Shown here: positions 20,968-28,940 of the stretch, in pieces
Layout of the letters: the number at the start of each line of letters is the position of its first letter
How positions within the stretch are numbered: the first letter of the stretch is position 1
Source: Gemmatimonadota bacterium
Lineage (GTDB): Bacteria; Gemmatimonadota; Gemmatimonadetes; Longimicrobiales; Gaopeijiaceae
Direction: 5' to 3'
NCBI GenBank assembly: GCA_034521595.1
Contig: JAXHMG010000003.1
Span: 2,144,001 to 2,208,000, forward strand
DNA: 64,000 nt
Translations under genes and position numbers: made by a program
The notes under the pieces: generated by a model
Told to the model about the DNA's origin: nothing
What the model saw: the letters and a program-made list of their open reading frames with translations, nothing else
The model's database searches: none

Positions 20968-22665
20968 TCACCGCTGGTCGACGTGCAACGCTTTGAGACG
21001 CTCGATCCCCTCCGCCGTCCACCCCGGCGGATCCGTCACCTCGAGCCACGCATCGATGTAGTCCTCGAACGCGTAAACGTGGCCGTAGCCCGGAGGGGCC
21101 GTGTCGCCGACGGCCAGGTCGGCGGCGAGCTGCATCATCGTCACGACCGGATACCACCGGAGCTCCTCGGCGATTTCCGGCCCCCGGGGCTCCTCCATCC
21201 ATTCGGGCGTCCGGTACAACGCCGCGGGCTCGAAGAAGGTGATCGGGTCACTCGCGTACTGGAGGTAGAGCATCCGGACCGGGCCCCACTCGGCGGCGGG
21301 CGGGCTCGACGTACCGTTCTGATTCATGAAGCGGACGATGGAGCCGTCACGGAACCGGGGGAGCCAGGCGGGTGAAGCGGGATCGCGCTGCCGCGTGAGC
21401 GACCGCCACGTCTCGCTCCGAAAGGGCGGTCCGGTCCAGAGGGCGCCGTCGAACGGATCGGCGATGATGTCGTAAAAGTCGGTGGCCTGCTGGGAGTTGA
21501 GCGCCCCGAGGCTCAGCCCGTGCAGGTAGAGCTCCGGACGGTCGTCGGCGGGCAGCTCCGTCCAGCGGCTGTACACGGCATCGAACAGGGCGTCGGCCGT
21601 GTCGGCGCCGTACTGCGGCTCCACGAGGAGCGACAGCCAGCTCGGCAGGTACGAGTACTGCACGGCCACGCTCGCGACGTCGCCCCGGTGAAGGTATTCG
21701 ACGGCGCTCATCGCCTTGGGATCGACCCAACCCGTACCGGTGGGGGTGACCACGATCAAAACCGAGCGCTCGAAGGCACCCACCCGCTCGAGCTCCTGCA
21801 AGGCGAGCGCCACCCGCTCCTCGATCGTCTCCGCGGCGTTCAGGCCCACGTAGACGCGGAGCGGCTCCGCGGTCTGATTTCCGTCGAAGAACGCGTCCAG
21901 GTCTTCGGAGCGCGGCCCCGACGACACGAAGTCGCGCCCGGTTCGACCCAGGCTCCTCCAATCGACCAGCGATGCCGCGCTTCCCGTGCGCATGGGCTCG
22001 GTCGGCGGCTCGAGGTCCGTCTCCATGGCAGCGTCCACCCGCTGGAACGACCGGTCGGCCGCCTCCAACGCGTAGCGGAAGAACACGCCGTCCAGCACGG
22101 ACCAGAAGACGGCCACGGCCAGAACGAGACCCACGAGGTTCGCGACCCGCCTCGGCACTCCTCGACCCAAGCGCCCGGACACGAACCGGAAGGTGAGGTG
22201 GAAGAGGCGCGCCAACGCGAGGGCGACGCTGAAGAGCAAGACCGCGATGCCTCCAACGCGGACCGGCCGTCTCGTGTCGACGGGCTCGAGCTCCATGAGC
22301 CGCCGAATCGAGTTCTGCCACTCGGACGCCTGCCACAGGAACACCAGCGCGGTTGCCACGGATACGCCCGCGGCGCACCAGAGGATGATCCGCTGCGTGC
22401 GCGGCGCCGGCAATGGGAGCTCCAGGTACGACCAGACCCATCGGTACACCACCCCGATGCCGTACCCGCTCGCCAACGCCAACCCCGACACGATCCCCTG
22501 CATTGCCCAGTCCCTGGGGAGCAGGCTCGGGCTGAGGGACGCCGCGAAGAGGAGCGTGCCCGTCAGGAGACCGGGCGTGGAGAGCGACGCCGTGAAGCGC
22601 CGCGCCCACTCGGGGGCGCCCGCCGCCGCGTTCCGCACACTCCGTTTCAAGGGCTCCGTGGCCAT
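20968..22665 (-). CDS. Membrane-anchored alpha/beta hydrolase (Abhydrolase_9 type)
   Basis: SLSPSLLPR; LGRTGRDFV; EPLRVYVGL; TPTGTGWVD; QYSYLPSW; LYLHGLSLGA nucleophile elbow; ASDPI; GYGHVY. Confidence 0.88.
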   Translation of the reverse strand: MATEPLKRSVRNAAAGAPEWARRFTASLSTPGLLTGTLLFAASLSPSLLPRDWAMQGIVSGLALASGYGIGVVYRWVWSYLELPLPAPRTQRIILWCAAGVSVATALVFLWQASEWQNSIRRLMELEPVDTRRPVRVGGIAVLLFSVALALARLFHLTFRFVSGRLGRGVPRRVANLVGLVLAVAVFWSVLDGVFFRYALEAADRSFQRVDAAMETDLEPPTEPMRTGSAASLVDWRSLGRTGRDFVSSGPRSEDLDAFFDGNQTAEPLRVYVGLNAAETIEERVALALQELERVGAFERSVLIVVTPTGTGWVDPKAMSAVEYLHRGDVASVAVQYSYLPSWLSLLVEPQYGADTADALFDAVYSRWTELPADDRPELYLHGLSLGALNSQQATDFYDIIADPFDGALWTGPPFRSETWRSLTRQRDPASPAWLPRFRDGSIVRFMNQNGTSSPPAAEWGPVRMLYLQYASDPITFFEPAALYRTPEWMEEPRGPEIAEELRWYPVVTMMQLAADLAVGDTAPPGYGHVYAFEDYIDAWLEVTDPPGWTAEGIERLKALHVDQR

Positions 22666-22723
22666 GGACTCAGGGGGCCCCGCAATGTCGGAAGAGCCGG
22701 GGCGGATGTCACGTCGGAACTGG

Positions 22724-22942
22724 TCAGTGCCAGTGATCGTGCACCGGCGACCATACGGCTCCGGGCCACGGCGGCTCTCCCGGTCCCGAATCGCCTCCCA
22801 GAACCGTCACCCCGACGACGACCAGGACGATCGCGGCGGCGATGGCCAGGATGAACATGACGGCCGGATTCGTCCGCTGGCGGGCCCGCTCCTCCCGCTC
22901 CTTCTCCTGGCGCTTCTTCCGATGTTGCTTCTTCGACGACAT
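22724..22942 (-). CDS. Small single-TM protein with basic N-terminus and C-terminal PG.VWSP.H.HWH motif
   Basis: 72 aa: Lys/Arg-rich start, one hydrophobic helix, then PPWPGAVWSPVHDHWH; co-oriented with the hydrolase gene. Confidence 0.65.
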   Translation of the reverse strand: MSSKKQHRKKRQEKEREERARQRTNPAVMFILAIAAAIVLVVVGVTVLGGDSGPGEPPWPGAVWSPVHDHWH

Positions 22943-23135
22943 GGCTCATCCGTATTCATCGATTCGGGCTTCCCGAGGTTGAATTACGCCAGGAGTCGGG
23001 GTAGCGCAACCAAACGTCCGGATCCTCGAGGGCTTGAACACTACGGCTCGAATCCTTCCGTTCAAGGGTCGGACCGTCCGAAGCCCGAGGTCGATCCCGG
23101 TCCGGGATTGCTCACGCAGGATAAGGAGCGCCACG

Positions 23136-24155
23136 GTGTCCTCTTCCTCCCCAGCCCCCCGCTCGCTCCAGGACCGCTTCCGCGGCGCGCTTCTGGGCAC
23201 GCTCGCGGGCGACGCTCTGGGCATGCCCGTCGAAGGGTGGCCCGCCGAGGAGATCCGCCGAGAGCTGGGCGAGGTGCGGGAGATGCTCCCGGCCCGCCTC
23301 GGTGCCGGAACCTTCACCGACGACACGCAGATGTGCTGCGCGCTCGCCGAAGCGCTCGTCGAGAGCGAAGACCCCGCCCGCCCCGACCTCGACTTGATCG
23401 CTCGCCGCTTCGCCGAGCGGTTCGATCCCGAGCGTGGTTACGGGGGCAACACGGCCAAGCTTCTCACGGCCATCCGGGCGGGCGCACCGTGGCGGGAGGT
23501 CGTGGCGGAGCACCGGCTCCCGGGCGGCTCCTTCGCGAACGGGGCCGCGATGCGGGTGGCGCCCGCGGCGCTCGCGTGCTATCCCGACGCCGAGGCGGTC
23601 GTGCGGCTGGCGGAGCTTCAAGCCGAGGTCACCGGGCACGAGCATCCCGAAGGTCGGTTCGGGGCCCGCCTTCAGGCGGCCGGCGTCCTCACGTGCCTCG
23701 GCTCGGCGTCCGACGCGAACGCGGGCGCCCCGTCCGCCTCGGAGATCCTGGAGGTCGCGTCCACGGGATGGGACGGCGGGATCCCGGCGCCGTTCCCGGA
23801 CTGTATCGCCTGGATCGGGGCACACCCGGACGCGGCACCCGAAGCCGCGGCCCGAGCGCTGGGGACCAGCGTCCGGGCGAGCGAAGCCGTCCCGGCGGCC
23901 CTTCACGCGTTCCTCGCGCACCCGGACGACGCCGAGGAAGCGACCGTGACCGCGGTCGCGATGGGCGGCGACACCGACACCATCGGCGCCATGGCGGGCG
24001 CGCTGGCGGGTGCCCGCAACGGGGCCGCGAGCCTTCCTCCCCGGTGGATGGACGTCCTGGAGGACGGGCCGTGCGGCAAGGACGGACTGACCGAGCTCGC
24101 GGACCGATTCTACCGACGGAACCACGCCGCCCGTTCGGGTCCCGACACCCGCTGA
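23136..24155 (+). CDS. ADP-ribosylglycohydrolase (DraG/ARH) family protein
   Basis: AAGGAG RBS with GTG; GALLG.LAGDALGMPVE; FTDDTQM; RGYG; SFANGAAMRVAP; GGDTDTIGAMAGALAGA. Confidence 0.92.
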   Translation: MSSSSPAPRSLQDRFRGALLGTLAGDALGMPVEGWPAEEIRRELGEVREMLPARLGAGTFTDDTQMCCALAEALVESEDPARPDLDLIARRFAERFDPERGYGGNTAKLLTAIRAGAPWREVVAEHRLPGGSFANGAAMRVAPAALACYPDAEAVVRLAELQAEVTGHEHPEGRFGARLQAAGVLTCLGSASDANAGAPSASEILEVASTGWDGGIPAPFPDCIAWIGAHPDAAPEAAARALGTSVRASEAVPAALHAFLAHPDDAEEATVTAVAMGGDTDTIGAMAGALAGARNGAASLPPRWMDVLEDGPCGKDGLTELADRFYRRNHAARSGPDTR

Positions 24156-24192
24156 CGCGTTGGAAGGCGAGGCTCGAGCCGAGCGCGGGCCG

Positions 24193-24390
24193 TCACCGGT
24201 ACGTCAGCACCTGCAAGCCATCGACTCGTTCGAAGTCCTTCGCATTCGCGGTCACGAGAGGTAGGTCGTGGCGAAGGCTGGCGGCGGCGATCCACAGATC
24301 GTTCGCTCCGATCAGCCGTCCTTCACCCCGCAGCATTCTGGCGGTGCGCCCGTATGTGAGAGCCGTGCGCTCGAGCCTTCGGATCGCTTC
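24193..24390 (-). pseudogene. vapC: C-terminal remnant of a VapC/PIN-domain toxin
   Basis: YG....LRGEGRLIGANDLWIAAASLRHDLPLVTANAKDFERVDGL; the N-terminal LDT motif and the antitoxin gene are absent. Confidence 0.75.
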
Positions 24391-24473
24391 ACGACGGACG
24401 GGGGTAGCAAGCCGCCAGCGCATCACGCGACGGCGGCGCCCGTAGACCAGCCACGAAACCGAGAGACGACGAC

Positions 24474-25688
24474 ATGGATCACCTCCGCTCCCTCCTCTCC
24501 ATCCTCGTGCCGACCCTCGTGTTGGCCTTCGCCACGCTCCCCGCGCCGCTCACCGCGCAGTTCCGCGAGACCGTGGAGATCGAGCCCGGAGAGCGCTGCC
24601 CGACGGGCATGACCGAGATCCGCCCGCAGCGGTGCATGGCCCCGGAGTTCGAGCCGCCCTTCATCACGGACTATCACCCCCGCTCCATGCTGGTGACCGA
24701 GGAGACGGCCACGCCCAGGGCGAAGTTTCCGGTCGTCGATGTCCACGGCCACACGCGCGGCTTCGCGGGGGGCGTGAGCACACTGAACGAGATGATCGGC
24801 CACCTCGACGACCTCAACATCCAGGTCTACATCTCCGCCGACAACGTTACCGGCGACCGGCTCCGGCAGGCGCTCGACGCCATCGAAGCCAGCCCGCACT
24901 CCGAGCGCTTCCGGGTCATGGCCGGCATCGAATTCGACGGTGTGGGCACGCCGGGCTGGGCAGAGCGCGCAGCGCGACAGCTCGACGAAGACCTCTCGGC
25001 CGGCGCGGTCGCTCTCGGGGAAGTCTCCAAGAGCTTCGGTATGACCCTTCGCAAGGCCGACGGCAGCCGGCTACGCGTCGACGATCCGGAACTCGACCCG
25101 ATCTGGGAGACGGTCGCCCGACACGACGTTCCGGCGTTCATCCACACGGCGGAGCCGCCGGCGTTCTTCGAGCCACTCGACCTCGAGAACGAGCGTTGGC
25201 TCGAGCTGGCGCTCTTCCCGAACCGACGCAAATACGGGCCCGACAACGTCTCCTTCGAGCAGCTCATGGAGGAGCGGAACAACCTCTTCCGGCGGCATCC
25301 GGAGACCACCTTCATCGCCGCGCACTTCGGCTGGCACGGCAACGACCTCGAGCGCGCCGGCGCGCTCCTCGACGAGTTCCCGAACGTCTACTACGAGGTC
25401 GGCGCGGTCCTCTACGAGTTCGGCCGCCAGCCCCGCGCCGCGCGCGAGTTCTTCATCGAGTACCAGGACCGGATCCTCTTCGGCAAGGACAGCTTCCAGC
25501 CCTCGGAGTATCCCTACTTCTACCGCGTCTTCGAGACGACGGACGAGTACTTCGACTACTACCGTGACTACCACGCGTTCTGGAAGATGTACGGGATGAA
25601 CCTGCCCGACGACGTGCTGCGGAAGCTCTACTACGAGAACGCGCTCCGTCTCATGGACGGGCTTCCGCGGGAGGGGTTTCCGGAGTGA
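24474..25688 (+). CDS. Secreted amidohydrolase (Amidohydro_2) family protein
   Basis: Signal peptide; VVDVHGH; FIHTAEP; FIAAHFG; DRILFGKD; LRKLYYENA. Confidence 0.88.
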   Translation: MDHLRSLLSILVPTLVLAFATLPAPLTAQFRETVEIEPGERCPTGMTEIRPQRCMAPEFEPPFITDYHPRSMLVTEETATPRAKFPVVDVHGHTRGFAGGVSTLNEMIGHLDDLNIQVYISADNVTGDRLRQALDAIEASPHSERFRVMAGIEFDGVGTPGWAERAARQLDEDLSAGAVALGEVSKSFGMTLRKADGSRLRVDDPELDPIWETVARHDVPAFIHTAEPPAFFEPLDLENERWLELALFPNRRKYGPDNVSFEQLMEERNNLFRRHPETTFIAAHFGWHGNDLERAGALLDEFPNVYYEVGAVLYEFGRQPRAAREFFIEYQDRILFGKDSFQPSEYPYFYRVFETTDEYFDYYRDYHAFWKMYGMNLPDDVLRKLYYENALRLMDGLPREGFPE

Positions 25689-25789
25689 GGTGACACGGCC
25701 GGAGGCGCCGTGATGATCGAGCACCGCGAACGTGCACCCGGACTCCCAGCGGATCCTTTCGACCCCGACGATCCGTAGTCTCGTCGCTC

Positions 25790-26200
25790 CTATCGCCCCT
25801 CCACCAACCGCCCCCGTCGGTACTCGACGGACCGGCGCAGCTTGATGAGCCGCCTTTCGTCGAACGGCAGGTCGGCGAGCCCATCGATCCACGAGTCGAC
25901 CCGGTGGCACAGCTCGTCGAGGGCGCGGGACACGGCCCTGGGCTTCAGACCCACGGCGGCGCCCAGCGCAAGGAAGTCGCGGCGGCCGATGTCCTCCCTG
26001 GTGCGTTCGTTGATGGGGAGCGCCATCGTCGTATCGCCGTACGGGTATGACGAGGGAAGGTCGTACGCGGGCGCGAACGGGTTGCGCGCGACAGGCCCCG
26101 CTCAACGCGCCGACGACCTCTTCCGTGCTGACCCGGTACTTGTCGGCGGGGTAGCGGCCGAGCACCTGGCAACCGTCCTCTTGCGCCAGAGGCACGACCT
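25790..26200 (-). pseudogene. hipA: HipA-family kinase toxin remnant (5'-truncated, internal deletion with frame change near 26080)
   Basis: LAQEDGCQVLGRYPADKY in one frame joins FAPAYDLPSSYPYGDTTMAL...DFLALG in another. The GNxDxHxKN catalytic loop expected between them is missing. Confidence 0.75.
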
Positions 26201-26237
26201 GAAATGATGGGTGCATGGGGCCAACACAAGACTGATA

Positions 26238-26311
26238 TGCACGAATGTGCAGTTACGACACAAGGCCATCGGTTCCCGGGGCATCACAGCGGGTATATGC
26301 ACGATCATGCA
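26238..26311. promoter_or_regulatory. Two operator-like palindromes TGCACGA-N3-TGCA, 60 bp apart, upstream of the hipA remnant
   Basis: tgcacgaatgtgca at 26238-26251 and tgcacgatcatgca at 26298-26311, both preceded by ATA, in an AT-richer patch. Confidence 0.5.
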
Positions 26312-26451
26312 ACCGACTTCGAGTCTGCTGGGCGGCAGCTGGAGCGTGGCATTTCCGGAGGAAGTGGACTCTGCCTTGGTATTCCAGCCCCTGACGGTCC
26401 ACGGAAAGGTCCCTGGCGCATGCAGGCGACGCCCTGGGCGGGCCGCGCCCC

Positions 26452-26751
26452 TCAGCGACTTCGAGCCGTGACGAGCCCACCGTTCTCCCCGAGCGCCGTG
26501 GCCGGCAGATAGATCCCCTCCGGGGTGCGCGACCACCAGGCGCCCGTCTCACGCCGCTCCGCCGGCGTGGTGAACCGGTAGCGCCAGAACCCGGCCCGGA
26601 TCCAGCGGGGCGGGCCCTCCGGGAACGGATCGCCGGCCATGAGCGCGAGGGTGGCCGATTCGCCCTGGAGGAGCTTCCGGATCAGCGGCACGAACCAGTG
26701 CTGGTGCGCCGGCGGCGAGAGGGGCACGAACCACATCAGCCAGTCGAGGCG
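26452..26751 (-). pseudogene. 3' fragment of the lipase maturation factor gene (286-bp direct repeat of 37194-37479)
   Basis: 26466-26751 matches 37194-37479 with about 10 mismatches counted by eye; encodes RLDWLMWFVPLSPPAHQHWF...GLVTARSR* with its own stop. Confidence 0.92.
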
Positions 26752-27186
26752 TATCTGGCCAAGTACATGGAGTTTAGAGACGAGCGTGGACACGCGCTGG
26801 TGGTCCGCAACGGCAGAGCTCGGCCGCAGAAGGTGACGGTGGGCTCGGGCACGGTGGAGGTCGAGGCGCCGCGGGTGCACGACCGGCGGCCGGGCGAGAA
26901 GTTCACGAGCCGGATCCTGCCGCCGTGGATGCGGCGGAGCCCGAAGGTCGACGAGGTGATCCCGGTGCTGTACCTGCGGGGTCTGTCGACACGGGACTTC
27001 CGGGAGGCGTTGCCGGTGCTGCTGGGTGAAGCGGCGAGCGGGCTCTCGCCGTCGAGCATCAGTCGCAAGCTCGAGGCATGGGAGGCGGAAGTGGCGGCCC
27101 GGAAGAAGCGAGACCTCTCGGACGTGGACTACGTGTACATGTGGGCCGACGGGGTGCACGTGAACGTGCGGCTGGGTGAGCAGGAC
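26743..27186 (+). mobile_element. Internal fragment of an IS256-family transposase
   Basis: VVRNG....VTVGSGTVEVEAPRVHDRR..FTSRILPPWMRRSPKV..V..LYLRGLSTRDF..AL..LLG..ASGLS.SSISR..YVYMWADGVHVNVRL; both ends missing and no terminal repeats seen. Confidence 0.88.
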
Positions 27187-27431
27187 GGCACCGCTGGCTC
27201 GACGCTGTCGCTCAGGTGAGCAGTCGGTACACCGTGCTCGAGCGAACCCGAACGCGAGAATCCCGCACGTCAGGTAGCGATGGTCCGGGGGGCATCCGAG
27301 CGGAGGAAGGTCGAGGAGGGTGGCCTCGGTCGCGACATGGTTCTGGGCGAGGCCATTGCGGCGGCCCGCCCTAGGATGTCGATTCGCGGCGGGCCCACCC
27401 CCTTCGCACTCCCCAGCTCGAGGAATCTCCC

Positions 27432-28913
27432 ATGCCCTGGCAGCCCCGCGCGAAAGGCGACCGCCAGATCGGCAGCCTCCGCGACGCCCTCACGCGTCTT
27501 CCCGACGGATACTTCGACGGCCTCGGCCTTCCCCGGGGTGCCGTGGAGGAGCTGCAAGCGGGCATGGAAGGCCCGGTGTTGGTTCCCGGGATGGCCGGGT
27601 ATGACGAAGCCCGCTGGCGGGGCTCCCACTACCCCGACTTGGACACTCCCGGCATCATCGCGCTCTGCGAGGTCGTGCCGGACATCGCGTCCTGCCTGCG
27701 TGTCGCGCGCGGGTACGGCCTGGACTTCGCTCCGCGGTCGGGAGGTCACAGCACCGTGGGGTACGGGGTCGCCCAGGGCTTGGTGGTGGACCTGAGCCCC
27801 CTGCACGGCGTGCTCATGGAGGGCGATGGGCGCACCGTCCGGGTCCAGGCCGGCGCCAACCTTTCCAAGGTGTACAGGACCCTGGAGATGGACGGACTCC
27901 ACATTCCCGGCGGAGAGTGCGACACGGTGGGTGTGGCGGGACACATGCAGGGGGGCGGCTACGGCTTCACGTCACGGCAGTTCGGGCTGAACTGCGATCA
28001 GGTGGTGGCGGTGGACGTGATGCTGGCCGACGGCCGCGTGGTGCGGGCGACGGGGGACCAGGAGCCCGATCTGTTCTGGGCGGTGCGTGGGGGTACGGGA
28101 AACAACTTCGGCGTCCTCACCGAGGTGCGCTATCGGACGGCCGAGCTGGGCGCGCTCTGGGGTGGGACTTTCCAGTGGCCCATGGACGCGGCTCCCGCCC
28201 TCCTGACCGAAATCCAGCGAAGCTACATCTTCACCGGCGCTCCGCCGGAGCTGGGCTTCCAACTCGCGTTCAGCTTTTGGGAGGGCGAGCCGGTGTTCAC
28301 GCTCATGTGCATGTTCGATGGGAGCGAGGAGGCGGGGCGGAGCGAGATGGAGCGGCTGTTCGCCGTACACCAGCCACACCGGGAGATCTTCTCGAAGGTG
28401 GACCGCTACTTCGATCTGAACCGCGACCTCATTCAGAGCTTCTATCCGGAGATGCCGCCGCCGGGCACGTTCGAGCTCAAGAGCTCGGCCTACGTCGACC
28501 GGGAGCTGGCGCCGGGTGCGTGGCAGGACATCCTCGAGCTCTTCCTGAAGAGCCCGAACCCCTACAACGTGATGGCCATGGAGGTATATGGCGGCCGCAT
28601 CTCGGCGGTGGACCCCGCCGATACGGCGTTCGTGCACCGCAAGGCGCATGGAGACCTGTTCGTCGATTCGTTCTTCAACGAAGACTGGGAGCACAACGGA
28701 CGTCAGGAGGCCGAGGCCTGGCTCGCGGCCATGAGCGACGTCCTGGTCAGGCACGGCAACGGACGCCGGTACCAGAACTACCCCGAGCGGGGCATCGAGC
28801 GCCCTCTCGAAGCGTACTTCGGAGAGAATCTGAAGCGGCTGAAGGACGTCAAGAAGGCCTACGACCCGGAGTCCTTCTTCCGCTTCGAGCAGAGCATCCC
28901 GCCCGCCGACTGA
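27432..28913 (+). CDS. FAD-binding oxidoreductase, berberine-bridge-enzyme-like
   Basis: RSGGHS (His flavinylation); GECDTVGVAGHMQGGGYG (second, Cys attachment site); DLFWAVRGGTGNNFGV; YQNY...YFGENLKRLKDVKKAYDP. Confidence 0.9.
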   Translation: MPWQPRAKGDRQIGSLRDALTRLPDGYFDGLGLPRGAVEELQAGMEGPVLVPGMAGYDEARWRGSHYPDLDTPGIIALCEVVPDIASCLRVARGYGLDFAPRSGGHSTVGYGVAQGLVVDLSPLHGVLMEGDGRTVRVQAGANLSKVYRTLEMDGLHIPGGECDTVGVAGHMQGGGYGFTSRQFGLNCDQVVAVDVMLADGRVVRATGDQEPDLFWAVRGGTGNNFGVLTEVRYRTAELGALWGGTFQWPMDAAPALLTEIQRSYIFTGAPPELGFQLAFSFWEGEPVFTLMCMFDGSEEAGRSEMERLFAVHQPHREIFSKVDRYFDLNRDLIQSFYPEMPPPGTFELKSSAYVDRELAPGAWQDILELFLKSPNPYNVMAMEVYGGRISAVDPADTAFVHRKAHGDLFVDSFFNEDWEHNGRQEAEAWLAAMSDVLVRHGNGRRYQNYPERGIERPLEAYFGENLKRLKDVKKAYDPESFFRFEQSIPPAD

Positions 28914-28940
28914 CGAGGCTCGACAGTCCGCGGGAGACGC

